DNA from: Guillardia theta CCMP2712
Lineage: Eukaryota; Protista; Cryptophyta
DNA length: 64,000 nucleotides
Assembly: GCF_000315625.1 (NCBI RefSeq)
Contig: NW_005434654.1
Location: 4,273 to 68,272, forward strand
Reading direction: 5' to 3'
Part shown: positions 39,522-52,500 of the stretch, piece by piece
Position numbering within the stretch: the first letter of the stretch is position 1
Layout: every line of letters starts with the position of its first letter
Program-made: the position numbers and the translations under genes
Notes under the pieces: model-generated
The model's input: only the letters and a program-made list of their open reading frames with translations
Databases searched by the model: none
Told to the model about the DNA's origin: nothing

Positions 39522-42500
39522 ATGACCAGCGTTCAATTCCACATCGATCCTCGAGCGCGAGGAGGACCATCGATGCGGGTCCTGCATGGCAGGAATGCAG
39601 ATGACTACGAGCGGCAGCGAGAGCGGAGCCGGCGAAGCGATCAGAATGAAGCAGGAGCCGAAGGAAGGGGCGCAGCCTTTGCCATGGAGCTGATGGACAG
39701 GAATGCTCCTCAACAGATAGGGCAGAGGGGCGCAGCAAGGCCAGGAGGAAGCTCGGCAGCAGCGAGGTTCGTTGCAATGGGAGGAAGACAGTTAGACCTG
39801 GATAGCATGGACTACGAGGAGCTGCATGCGATGTTCCCGTCGCATGCTCGTCAGGGAGTCACACCTTCTGTGCTGGAGCAATGCAGCAACGTGTTCAAGT
39901 TTCACCCAACAACGTGAGCAGCTCTTGCTCTGCCCTGCTGTGCTGAATAACATGCGAACAGATGTGGCGAGAGTTTGACATCGTGCTCCATATGCCTGGT
40001 CGACTATGAGGTGTTTTCTCCTCCTCTTTCTCCTCTTCTTTCTCTTTCTTTCTCCCTTTTCTCCCTTTTCTCCCTTTTCTCCCTTTTCTCCTTTATCTTG
40101 TTTGTCCTCCTTCGTCCTGCTCAAACCCTTCGTCGTCCTCGTCCTCCTACCTCCTGCTGGTCCTCTTCCTTCCATCCTCATCTCCTACCACTCGCTCCCT
40201 CTTGTCGCAGCTGCAGTAACAGCTCTCCAACAGGTTGGTGACGACGTTCGCATGCTGCCCTGCCTGCATGCCTATCACAAGGCATGTGCGGACGAGTGGC
40301 TCAAGTGCAGTCACTCCTGTCCTGTCTGCAAGACCAACATCCGAACCCTCGTAGCAGACACTCCAAGGATCACGGGCAAGGAGAACCGGGCTCCTCTTCA
40401 GCAGGAGCGACCGGCCCCGCCAGGAAGAGTCATGGTGAGTGTAGAGGCGCCCAGACTGCTGCTGAGGGAGGAGCAGGCGGCTGTGGAGAGGTTCGGAGCA
40501 GCAGCAGAGCGAGCGATAAACTCGTTGAGAGGAAGCTCGTCGAGCCCTAGGAGGGGACCGGCAGGAGGGAGGCAGCGGGAGGGAGGGAGGAGGGAGGAGG
40601 AGTTCCCTTCGAACCGCGATCCCAGGTTGGGGCTGAACAACCAGGTTGGGAGGAGGAGGAGGTGGTTGTATGCAGAAGGCGAGTGAGGATGAAGCAGGAG
40701 TGGAGGAGGCTGCGGCTGGAAGACCTGGAGAGAGCTCGACAACGCCAGCGGGAGGTAGGCAGAGGATGAAGGGGATCAGGACGGGGGCAAGGGAGAGGAA
40801 GGATGAGAGGGAGAAGAGGGGTAACGAGGTGTACGAGGAGCGGAGGGACAAGGGGGCTGAAGCATATTGCAGCTGGCAGAGGAGCAGGAGGCAGCAGCTG
40901 CTCTCACCGATGAAGTTGACGTTTACCGTCAAGTGCTTGAGCAGCATCGGCGAGCCGTCTACATGGGCAGAGCAGACGAGGCAGGCGCTGCCAGCCCTCG
41001 CACAACGAGGATGGAAACGATCCCAGAACGTCCTGCCCGCTCATCCTTGATGGAGGCTGGGTAGCGAACATGGATATGCAGGGAACAGGAGCAGGAGCAG
41101 GAGCAGGAGCAGGGCAGGCAGCACGGGCAGGAGTCCAGGCAGGAGCAGGATTGGCGACACAAGGGGCAGGGGCAGTGGCAGGGGCAGCACGAAGCTCCTC
41201 GCAGCCTTCAGCCGGAGCGACATCCAACCCTCCCACCCTCTCTGTAGGTCGGCAAGATGTGCAGCGAAATGCTGCTGCTTCATCTGCAGCCCAGGAGATG
41301 GTGACGGCGAGATCGAGTGTACAACAACCTCGACCAAACCAGAGCAGGTGATGTGGAAGCACGAGCGCTTATTTTCCGCTCTCCTGTCCTCCTGTCCTCC
41401 TGTCCTCTCCTCCTCTCCTCCTCTCCTCCTCTCCTCCTCTCCTCCTCGCCCCTTGTCCCTCTAGCTCCCTCCTTATCCTATCTTCAACCAGATCGGCACT
41501 TGAACGAGCGGCAGCTGCCATGGCAGCAGCTCGCACCCCAGAGAATCGTCGCAGGTATGACAGACTTCTCCCTCCTCCTCCTCCACCACTTCTCGCCCCC
41601 TTCCCTTCTCTGCTCCTCTTTCCCAGTCCATTCGTTCCTACCTCCTCCTCCTCCTCTCTCCCCACTCCTTCCTCCTTCCTCCCCACCTTCTCGTTTCTCA
41701 CACGACAGTCTTGAATTTCTTGCAGAAGCGACGAGACTCTCCACGAGCCCTCCAGGCCTGTTCGTCGCGCTCAGGCGCAGGACAGAGAGCAAGGAGCCGC
41801 CTCGTTTGCTCCTCCTCCTTCTATCGCCCTAGGTACCTCTTGTTCACTCAAATTCCTCCTGTCCCCTGCCCTCGTCCTCCTCACCAGCTTTGCAGACGTC
41901 AGTCAGGATCACGAGCTCCAGCGGGCCATCGAGGAGTCGATGCGGGAGCAGGGAGGGGGAGTCGCTCGGGTTATGGCAGGAGGAGCAGGACGAGTCGTTC
42001 ACACCCCCCGGAGAGCGCAGGAGGAGAGGAGGAGCGAGGCGAGGGCGTCGGTTCGAGGAGCAAGCAGGCAGCAGGAGGGTCATGAAGTACGAGCTGGGGT
42101 GGCACAAGGGATGGACTTCGACTTGCAGCGAGCGATCCAGGAGTCCATGGAAGATCACGCCTTCCTCTTCGAAGGAAGGATGGGGGCTGCAAGAGCAGGA
42201 GCAGGAGCAGGGAGAGGAAGGGATCAGCAGGATCTCAGCAGACAATCACGCTCCTCTCGCGCTCAGCCTGACGTTCAGTCCTCCACGGATCACGTTAGGA
42301 GCAACAATCCACCTGCTCAACCTGCTACTTCGTCAGCAGTAGCAGCCGCAGGAGTGGCAGCTGCGGCCATGGCTGCGGCTCCCGCTCCTCCTGCTCCAGC
42401 TCCAAGTCTACCCCCCGCTCCTCCCGACGGCAGGATCAGTGCCGTCCTCAACCAGCTGACTCGCCCGGCCTCCTCTGATGCTCCTCGCAGAGCCTCCTCC

Positions 42501-42965
42501 CCCGAAGCCCTTCAAGCCCTCGCAGCGTTCCAGCCTCGTCCTCCTCCTCCTGCTCGCCGGCAGGGCTCAAGGGGCGGCCGTCCTCTTCCTGGCGTGAGAG
42601 CATCGCACCCAGAGCCGCTGCAGAGAGGAGGAGGAGGAGGAGGAGTGCAGGAGGAGCAGGGGCAGACTCCTCCTGCTGCTGCTCATACACCAGAAGCGAT
42701 GAATCGGCAGGAAAGCAGCGGGGAACAGCAAGGCTTTGCTGGAGGAGGGAGAGGATACGTGCTTGGGCGAGCCAACTCTGCTGCCGAGAGGATGTATGGA
42801 GGAGGGGAAGGAGTTGGGGAAGGGCAGCAGGAGGGAGGAGGGAGGAGCGGGACGCCACCGCTGCTTAGAAGGGGACTGAGCGAGCGCGAGAAGCGCGCGA
42901 TAGCGGCAGAGAGGAGGTTGGCAATGATGCATGTGGGGGATGCCAGCGGGAGAGGACAGAGGTGA
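39522..42965 (+). CDS. RING-H2 E3 ubiquitin ligase with long low-complexity tail, multi-exon; start uncertain
   Basis: CSICLVDYE|VGDDVRMLPCLHAYHKACADEWLKCSHSCPVC; UIM-like DLQRAIQESM. Confidence 0.85.
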
Positions 42966-43010
42966 AGGGAAGCGTTGATGACGGATGCGGCATGAAAAGT
43001 GAAGTGATGA

Positions 43011-43078
43011 TGGAGGAGGAGGAGGAGGAGGAGGAGGAGGAGGAGGAGGAGGAGGAGGAGGAGGAGGAGGAGGAGGAT
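43011..43078. repeat. (GGA)n microsatellite between convergent genes
   Basis: Direct inspection. Confidence 0.95.
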
Positions 43079-43131
43079 GTGGTAGTGTTTAAAGAGAATT
43101 CTTGAATGTCTATTAAAATGTAAATCATGTT

Positions 43132-44750
43132 CTATCCTTGTTCTTCTTTTCCTCCTTCCTCTGGGGAACCATCAGCAGTCAGAGGAGCAGGGATGGTATG
43201 ACCACTCACCTGCTTCTTCCTCTTCCTCTTCTCCTCCTTCTTCGCTTTCCTCTCTGCAAGAATCTTCGACGATGTGAGCACAGCACAACTTGGAATGTCC
43301 TCACCATCTCGAGATGTTGCTCCGCCGTTAGTCTCCCATCCCCCTCTCCTGCTAACTTCTGTGCGATCTGACAGCAAGCAACATTTCAACTCTCACTCCC
43401 CCCTTCCTCTCACTCATTCTCCCCCCCCCTCCTTCCTCCCTCCCGGTCTTCCAGGTCCATTTCTCCTCCCTCCTCCTCACCCCTGTCCCCACTGCCTCCT
43501 CCACTCTCCCCTCTTTCCAGCTTCTCCTCCTGTTCACCTCATAGAGGTCAGGCCGGACCGTTCGCAGCTCCCGCAGCCACCGACGGGACAGCTGAAAATA
43601 TTTCAGCTGCTCAGCTTGACCTCCTCCTCCTCCTCCTCCGCCACCACCTTCGTCCTTGAAGTCGTCGAGTCCAGCCAGACAGCAGGGAAGGACGTTGTGC
43701 TCACAAAGTTCTGAGGAAAATCTTGAGAGGAGGGGAGAGGGGGGAGGGAGGAGGGGAATGACAATGAGAGAGAAGGAGGACGGCGAGGGGAACGATGGAG
43801 TGGAAGGAAAGGAGATGGAGAGGGGAGGGGAGGATGAGAGGAGAGGGCAGCAGAGGGCAAGAGAGCTTCATCTTAGTGAAGAGAAGGAACCGAGAGGAGA
43901 AGGACGGGGAGGACAAGAGGAGTGTTGCCTGTGTAACTGCGATGGTGTCGTCGAGGTTGAGAACAGTATGCCACCAGCCCCCAGGGACGAAGATTGTGTC
44001 GCCAGGTCCTGCAGGAAGAGGATGAGAGAAATTGAGGGCAGGGGAACATGAAGCCACGGGAAGGGCGGAGAGCAGTATGAGGAAGGCAGGGAAAGCAAAC
44101 AAGAGCAGAAGGAGGGGACAAGGCAGAGGAGAGGCAGGGGAGGAGGAGGCTGAGAGAAGGCGCAGCAGCAGCGAGGGGAGGAGGAGGGAGGTAGTTCCTG
44201 TGATAAGCTCAATCGGCTTCTGATGCTCGGGGACCGAGGCCTTGACCTGCTTGTAGTGGTAGAGAAACCTGCGATGTCGCACAGAGCTTAGAGACAGCAG
44301 GAAGCAGAGAAGATGTAGGTAGGGATTGATGTGAGAGAATAGGTCGGGACATAGAGCAAATAGGAGGAAAGGTATGAGGAAACCCAACAGCGAGACTATG
44401 GTAACCTCCACCTCCTCCTCCTCTTCCTCCTCCTCCTCGTATTTCTCTCTCTCTTCCTCGTGCTCACCAGTCGATCGCTTCTCTGTCCTTCTTCGCCATC
44501 CATCTCTCAGGCTTCACCAGCGACTGCAGCATGTCAGTCGTCCTGCACCACCTCCGCTTGCTCAGACCTTGGCTGTACCAGGAGGGAACAGAACCCACCT
44601 ACCCATCGTTGTCACCTCCTGTCTTCCTCCTCCCTCCCCTACCTCTTCCTCCCCGACAAGACCGCATTCCAAGCACTCGTCGCTAGAGGATCGATGTGCA
44701 TGGAGCTCCCACTGTACTTCATGTCAGCTCATTCTCCTTCCTCTTCCCTT

Positions 44751-44828
<78 letters not shown>

Positions 44829-46396
44829 CTCTGTCCCTGTCCCTGTCGTGGTCCCTCACCCTCCTTCTCTTCCTCCTCGCACCTTCTTTTTGGTCCGAGC
44901 AAAACCCATCGGTACGGAGGTCTTTTCTCTTCCCCAGCGTACTTTGAACAATCACGATCAAGACGAATACACAAGTGACTCGTGCAGGAATGATGGAGGA
45001 GGAGCCAGAGGAAAACGAGCATACGACACGGACGAAGAGAGGGAGATGAAGGATGCGTACCTGGTACAGATCTTCACGGAAGTATATTGGGATGGTGAAG
45101 TCGTCAAGCATCGGTTTGGTGATCTAAGAGGAAGCAACGAGTCACCAAGACATCCTAGTCCCTCCCTCCCTCCCAACCTTCCCGTCATCACCGAAATCAG
45201 CGTCGAACACATAGAGAGGAGAGTCGTCCTGGAAGGGATAGCGACTCAGTGAAAGAGTAGGCGGAGTGAGAGGGATAGCATTCATTTCTCACCAATTTTG
45301 CACCATTCTTCAGGTAATGAACGAAGTAGTCTAATCTCAGTTTGACCTTGTACCCGTCGTCGTCCTCCCCGCACTGAACATACACTTGTCACATGTGAAA
45401 AGGGCTACACAGGGGACAAGAACCTTGAATCTCGCTGCTCCATACTTCTCTGCAAAGTACTGAAAGCTCCACTTGTGCTTCGCAGGCCATCTGTAAGAGA
45501 GCAATCGTTCATATCGCATCATCGTACGAGTGCAATTCGAAGGCAAACCTATCTAGAAGACCCGTAATGACGCAAGGTTTGCACGGGATCTCAAACCTCT
45601 CGATGAAATCCTGCCACCTCCAACTGAGCCTCCTCCTATCGTCACGTTCTTCACCTGCGTGCTCAGCTCATGGCAAGAGACTCTCTCAATGTTGTCTTCC
45701 ACTGGACCAAGAACTGCAATGATGTCACCTCCCAACAAGCCTCTACACATTGCAGGAACCTTGGTCAAGATCGAGGGACGCGAAGTTGTACTGTACAACA
45801 TCACATCACTCCTTCTCATCGCTCTCAACATCTGACACCACCTGATTCCACTGAGAGAGTTTGATCTCGGATCGAGCCAGTCGTTTCGCCTTTCGCAGCT
45901 TCTCCATGTAATCTTCCAACAAGAATATCAGCAGGAACTTCACAACGCCGACACCAGACATACCGTCCTCGTCGAACGAGTCCTCTACCATCTCCTCATC
46001 TTTCTCAGCTTCACTGCAGCAAGACCGTGAGCAGCCATCTGCTTCACGTGCTCTTCTCCCCCATCTCGGACCAACCTCGGTGACGGGGGCGATGCCGTCT
46101 TGTCTCTAGACAGCGCCGTTTCCAAAGATCCTTCCACATGCTCCATCCTCTGTTGGACTGCTTCTTGAAGAACAAGAGTCAGCTTCACAATGCATCACGG
46201 ATGCGTGAGGGAAAGGGAAGCGGATTCCAAACCCAACTGAGCAGAAAAGGAAGGATCCGAAACATCTGAGCAGGATGTACGGCTCTCTGTAGTTGCTATT
46301 CCTTGCCCTGCTTCTTCCCACTCTCCTGCTACTCATCTGATGCTTCCCCTGGCTTTCTCCCGCTCCTGCTCCTGCTCCTGTGCTGCTGACTGCCAT
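43132..46396 (-). CDS. JMJD6: JmjC protein, JMJD6/PSR-like, multi-exon; ends approximate
   Basis: [66 protein letters not shown]. Confidence 0.88.
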
Positions 46397-48155
46397 GAAA
46401 GTGAATCGTGACTAGACCACCCCACCTTTCTAGCTCAAAAATGGGGGTACCCAGAGGGGTAGCGGCTCGTTGAGTGTAAACTGGCCCGGAGAGGCCCGGC
46501 AGCGGCCCGGAGCCCGGGGCCCGGAGACTGAGAGAGGCCGAAATCCGGGCCTGATGTCCGTCTGATGCCTTCGTTTACTCAAAGATAAGTTAAAGACCTT
46601 CCTGCAGTGGGGTCATTCGAAGGCTAGAAGAAGGGGTGGGGGTTATTGACCCATCCTGGGTTGTCCGACATTGGGACTGTTACAACAGGGGGTACTTCAA
46701 GCTATTTGAGTAGGTAGGGGTAGTCACAAAGAGGTGAGGCACTCAAAGTTAAGTTAAAAATCAGTACGGGAAAACCGTTTCGCGAGGGTGGTTTTGGTAA
46801 GGTATGAAAGGTGGGGGTATTTCAATTGAGAAGAGGGGGTTATGGTGGAGGGGGTGGTGTGAGGCTGTGTAAAACTGAGTTGTTAAGAGGTTTTAAATGT
46901 AAAACCGTTATTATGGGTAAAAGTTTTTGCAGACAGGACCGGTTATTTTGAAGTAAAACGAGTGGGTTCAAGGCTGACCATGCGTTTTTTCCAGTACAAC
47001 TCTGGGTAAGATGGGTTATAAGAAGGTCAGGTTCCAGTTGTAATATAGGGAAAGGTTGGGTTTCAATACAACGACGAGGCTGAGATTCTCAAATAATAGC
47101 TTTTATACTTCACTCTCTGGGGTATAGTACAGATTCTAAATTAGTTATTGACAGATCCCCCTGCAGACACGGGAGATGAATTTGATAAGTATAGTTTTTG
47201 TGACTATGAATATTCTTTTAGAGATCGGATGACTGTTTCTGTGATATCACCCCACCCTCCCTTTCTCCCAATCTCCTACCCTTTTTGTGCGTATCTCACT
47301 TAAAAACCCTTTTCGACTTTTGTACTTAAAACACCCTTTTAATATCCGAATTAGAAACCCGCCCCCATTTCCCCTTTCTACCCTCCACCCTCTCCCTTAC
47401 CACCCCCCCCTTACAAAGTCGTACCCACACCCCGTGCTTACCTACCCCTCAAAATCAAAGCCCACCATATCTTTTGATGACATCTGTAAAAATACCCGTT
47501 CTTTGATGAGACAAGACCCGGTCATTTCACCTTATTCAACTTCATTTGCAACCTGTACCCTCGAACTCATGCCATCTACCCACCCTCCACTTTCATCCAC
47601 CCCTTGGATGTAATACACACAAGCTCCACCCCCCTTTTTCCAGGTGGCACCCCCTACCATCTCTCAATCTGCGATGTACCCACCCCCTCGGTACACCCCA
47701 CCCAGAACTGACTACCCCCTCTAGCATCTGCATTTCACCCCTACCCCATCCGCCCCCCATCCTGTCTCCCCTAAAAGTTCTTTTCCCCTGGCCGCTCCTA
47801 CAACACACCAGCCCCCCCCACCCCCCCTTCCTTGACCCGCGCTCCTCTCGGCCCTCCTTTAAGACCTGACCACTTCGAACTCGTGCTATCTCTCTCCCCT
47901 TCTCCCCTCCACCCAATCTCGCCCCTCAATCAATCGTCGACACCCATCCTTCAGCGACTCTGAAGAGCAACGAAGTTTCTCGTGCCTGCAATAGACTCTC
48001 TACTCTGCAGATACTCGCATCTATCATCGAAATTCAGTTACCTTTCGAGCGAGCACACTAGGAGATTCATATTCAAAAGTATCTTGATTCAGTTCTGCGA
48101 GCTTGATATTCCAATCGAACTTTCGTAACACCGACCCTTCGTCTACTAGCAACCG

Positions 48156-49277
48156 ATGAACTGGTCTACCAAGCACTCCCATTCATCGAGCACGCAGGCT
48201 CAGTTGATAGGATGGTGCTTGTTGTCTTCTCTTGCCCTCTCAGGGGGATTCTTGCCGACTACCATCAGCAACACGAAACAGGCGGAAGCGGAGGTTTCTA
48301 AAACCTCAACTATCAAGGCAGCAGAATTCAGGCGGGTGATCAAGTACCCGTTCGAGATCGTCAACGAGGCCTGGGAGAATGGGCCGGAAGACCCAAACTT
48401 CATCAGGGAGGAAGTGAAGACGTTGAGGAAAGGAGCCGACGTCGTCCTGAAGAAGACGATCTACACCAAGAATCCTCTCCCTTCTTGATCAAGAAGACTG
48501 TGAGTTTGTGTTGACGACTTTGTGCGAGTTTGCTGACGATGGAGATCAGATCGTCCGAGATGAGTTCTTTGTATTCGACGAGGAGCAAACCATCAACCAC
48601 AAGCAGCGCAGCTCCTCCTCATGGTCAGTAGCCTCCGTTTCTCGTCTTGCCGCACATCCCTGACGGCCTCTCTCAGGACTGTGAACCGAGTGCTCGAGAG
48701 CATCTGCAAGGCTCATCGCACCTTCTCCCTCCGAGCTGATCCCTCCAACCCCAACTGGACCCTCATGGAGCAGTCAATCACCGTCACTGTGACCGACGCG
48801 TTCGGAGGAGCCATCAAGTCCCAGCTGGAGAAGTTTGCGGAGGGCGCGTTTCTTTCCAGCTGCGAGAGAGGAACGGACATCCTTGAGAAGTCGCTGGCCG
48901 CTAAGATGCCCTCTTTCGATGCCAAGCCCCTCAACAAGCTCCCTGCTCGCCCCCAGCAGCAGCGGCAGCAGCCCATGGCCTCTCAAACCCCCGAGGACGT
49001 TCGCATGCTTGTCGGGGAGTTCGTGCGGTTTCTTGTCAAACCAGCAGTCATCATCCTCGGCCTCGCATCCAAGGTGATCGCTCCCTCCCCCGACCATCTC
49101 GCTCCTCCTCCTGTCAAGGCAGAGCCGATGGGCTGGAAGGTTCCGCCCTTGCCGCAGGACTTCCACCTCCACCTCCATGGGAAGGACACTCGTCCTCATG
49201 GGAAGAAGGAGAAATTCGGATTCCACTCGTTTGCTGGCGCTGCTGCAGCGTTTGTGACGAGTGTAGACGTGTACTAG
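48156..49277 (+). CDS. PRELI/MSF1-like lipid-transfer domain protein with an apparent 1-bp frameshift near 48480
   Basis: RVIKYPFEIVNEAW..KKTIYTKNPLP/FLIKK..FVFDEEQTIN..PSNPNWTLMEQ. Confidence 0.65.
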
Positions 49278-49591
49278 AGCCTGTGTTCTCTGTACACACC
49301 TCCTGTTAACCTCTGTAGTGTATTGTTTTTGATTGTTTCCTTTGTTCCCCTCTCTCCTCCCTTTGGTGAATTGTACAATAAACTTCTGGTTTGATCTGCC
49401 GGTTGAAAATATTTTCTACGATCATGGCAAAGATAGAAAACGTAACATGGCTAAGATAGACATGAAGGCACACACGCACACATAAACAACAAGACAACAG
49501 CTACATCATTCTTGTCCTTCCCCCTCATAGTTTCCCATCCTTCTGCCCTAGTCGAGCTCGAATGTTTGCGATCATCCTATACAGGACCATG

Positions 49592-52500
49592 TCAGTCAGA
49601 TGTTGACAAGTTTTCCTCTCCTCCTCGCTCCCTCTCCTCCTCGCTCCCTCTCTCCCTCGCTCGCTCGCTCCCTCGCTCGCTCCCTCCTTCCTTTCGGTCT
49701 TCCTTCTTTTCCCACCTGCTTGCAGTAGTCGCGATCTCCTCATCCTCAGTGATCTTCATGCTCTTGGGTTTCTTGCCATCATGTGCACCTTGCGGTCGTG
49801 CTCCTCTTGCTGACAGCCTAAGCGCTGGAGCATCTGAATCGTTGGGCTGGGAGACACCGGCAAGAATTCGCGTCCTCCTACTCCCCTCCTCCACTTCTGA
49901 TGACGAGGAGGAAGGGATTCTGCCGACAGGTTTCGTAGCGGATAAAACATGTTCGTCGTCATCGTCGTCCTCCTCCTCGTCCTCGTCGTCGTCCTCGCTG
50001 CTTGATGTACCGCCTCTTGCTACCTGCTCATACTCCTCCTCCAGCGCTTGCCGGACGAGCTTCGAGACAAACCAAGGGTTCGCCTTTAGTGCAGTATTCT
50101 TCCTCCCTTCAGCGCGGGCAGGAGGGTAGGCAGTCTTTGCGGCGGAAGAACGAAGAGGCTCCGGAGGTACTTTGCCTGCCGCTGCCTCCACCTCCTCCTC
50201 CGCATTCTCCTCCTCCTCGTTATCTTTCCTGTGGTCGTCGTTGGAGAAGCGGGAGGCGTCAAACTGCTTTATCAGCGCTGCTGTCATCCCGCTCTTGTAG
50301 GATCTTCTTCCCTTCATGTCTCTCATCGTCCCTTCTTCCATCTGCTGCTGCTGCTGCTGCTGCTGCTGCTTCCTCCCTGCTCTTCCTTCCAGCTTGCTGT
50401 CAGCATGGGCGATCTCTCCCTTGGCATTTGAGAGATGTTTTCTTTCTGCTTCCGGCTTTTCCATCCCCAGCACAGTACCTGCTTCATCTCTGCTGTTCTT
50501 GTCTGAAGAATCAAACCTTGCTCGCTCCTCGTCCTGCTCGTTCACTGCTGTGACAGTTTCCTGCTTCCCAATCGTCGTGGAAAGATGAGGGGCAGTAGGA
50601 GAATTGGTCTGAGGAGGAGGAGGGAACGTCTTTGCTTTTTGCTGCGCAGGTTCTTCTGGGACTTGAGAACCTTTTGCTCCATAAAGTTGCAGTTTGGGGA
50701 CGGGAAACAGCGGTGCTGAAGGATGCTGAAGAGAGGACGCGGCGGCAAGGGAGGACGAGAGGAGGGCCTTTGGGGACACTCTGCTTTCTTGCTCCTGCAG
50801 CTCCACTGGGGAAAAGACATTCTCGACTTCAACGGGACTGGCGGCGGCGGCAGCTTGCTTGCTGATGCTGGGGGAGGCGAACGAGTCGTCGGCGGGCCGG
50901 GTGGAGAGGTCGATGACGATGCTCGCCATGGTTTCTTCATTCTCTCCTCCTCCTCCTTCTCGTGTCAATCTGCTGCCGTCCGGTCTCAGCAGGGGAACCA
51001 CAATCTGCCTCCTTCTCATCTCCTCGTTGCTCAGACTCACACTCCCCGTCCCGATCACCTCATCCTTGAACAACGAGTTCCAGTCCATCACAGTCAGCAC
51101 AAGCTGCTCTTGGGCCTCGTACAACCAGAACTCGAACGATTCACGAAAGATGGGATCATGACAGTCCTTGACAGTCTTTGTCTTCCTTACTTCCTTCCCC
51201 ATCGTTATCGTCACGTAGGGATCACACTTGCCCAACCTGCCCAGCCATGTCAGCCACAAGCTCTCTTCACGTCAAATCGTCTCGCACTTGTCCATTGATG
51301 GGAGATTTTCGGCGTATGAGATGAGAACGTTAAGTTTCCTGGGAGTTTGTTTCTGCAAACGACAACATCAGCATCAGCACGTTCAAACATCCACAGCGTA
51401 CCCGAGCAACAGCATGCTTGACGGATGGAGGACCTTTTTTATCGACGACACTCCTTTCAGCCTCGTCGGCAGCATGAGAGGTCGGAAAATCCTCCACTTC
51501 CTTTGGAGCGTCATCAACTTGTAACGGCCCTGGGCGTTTCCCGAAAGGCTCAACCATCTGAGCTGTGCAGGTCTCCGGCATCAGAACGTCTTTGTCCTGC
51601 TCCTGTTCCTGTGGACTTTCTCCTCCAGCAGGAGGCGACAGCGATAGAGCATCGTTGCCCTGGCTGCTGGACTCTTTGGATTCAGCAGGAGATGAATGCT
51701 GTTGCGCAAGGTCCAAGGCAAGCCACCTCTCCTCCGCATCGTTTCCATCAACTCTGCTCACGGACCAGCCTGTGTTAAGATCAGCCGTTGTAAGGGCACA
51801 TAAGGGGAATAGGAGGAGCAGGAGGAGAGGGAGGGAGGAAGAGAAAGAGGATAAGGATGAAGAGGAGAAGGAGGAGGAGGAGGAGGAGGAGGAGGAGGAG
51901 GAGGAGGAGGAGGAGAACACGCGAGAAAAGAGGAGCAAAGGAGTGTGAGAGAAGGTAGGTGGTTAGAGCAAGACCTTGCATTTGATCAAGGTCCACTATT
52001 TTAGCTGGAGAATCAATCAAGTCAGTTTGAACAGGACAGCAACACAGTTCCGTCACTACAAGTAAGGTGAGAAGTGAAATTCACCTGTGAAGTGTTCGAG
52101 GTCGAAGGCAGCCGGAAAGTTTACGGAGCTCTCGTCGCAAGAGCCGCTACAACTCAATCGAGTCACAATCTACTCGCGGTGCATTGCAATGGAGGAAAAT
52201 CCAACAAAGTGAAGCAGACAACAAACAGACAAGCAACAAGGGTCGAGCGAGAGGATCGGTATGAAAGCACAAGTGCAAGAGCAAGCACCCTCACCTCATT
52301 CCCAGCTGTGAGGTCCCTGAGTCGCCGAGTGCGCCTGTATCCTCCAACTTGACCTTCAAGGTTGCATCCTTGAGATGATTGACGGAGTTAGCAACCAGAC
52401 CGTCCTCGGTGAGACGAATCTGCCGTGTCACGCTGCCCCCAACAACGTCCTTGACCTCGACAGTTGCAGAGGCGAGAGCGACAAAGTCATCCACGTCTCC

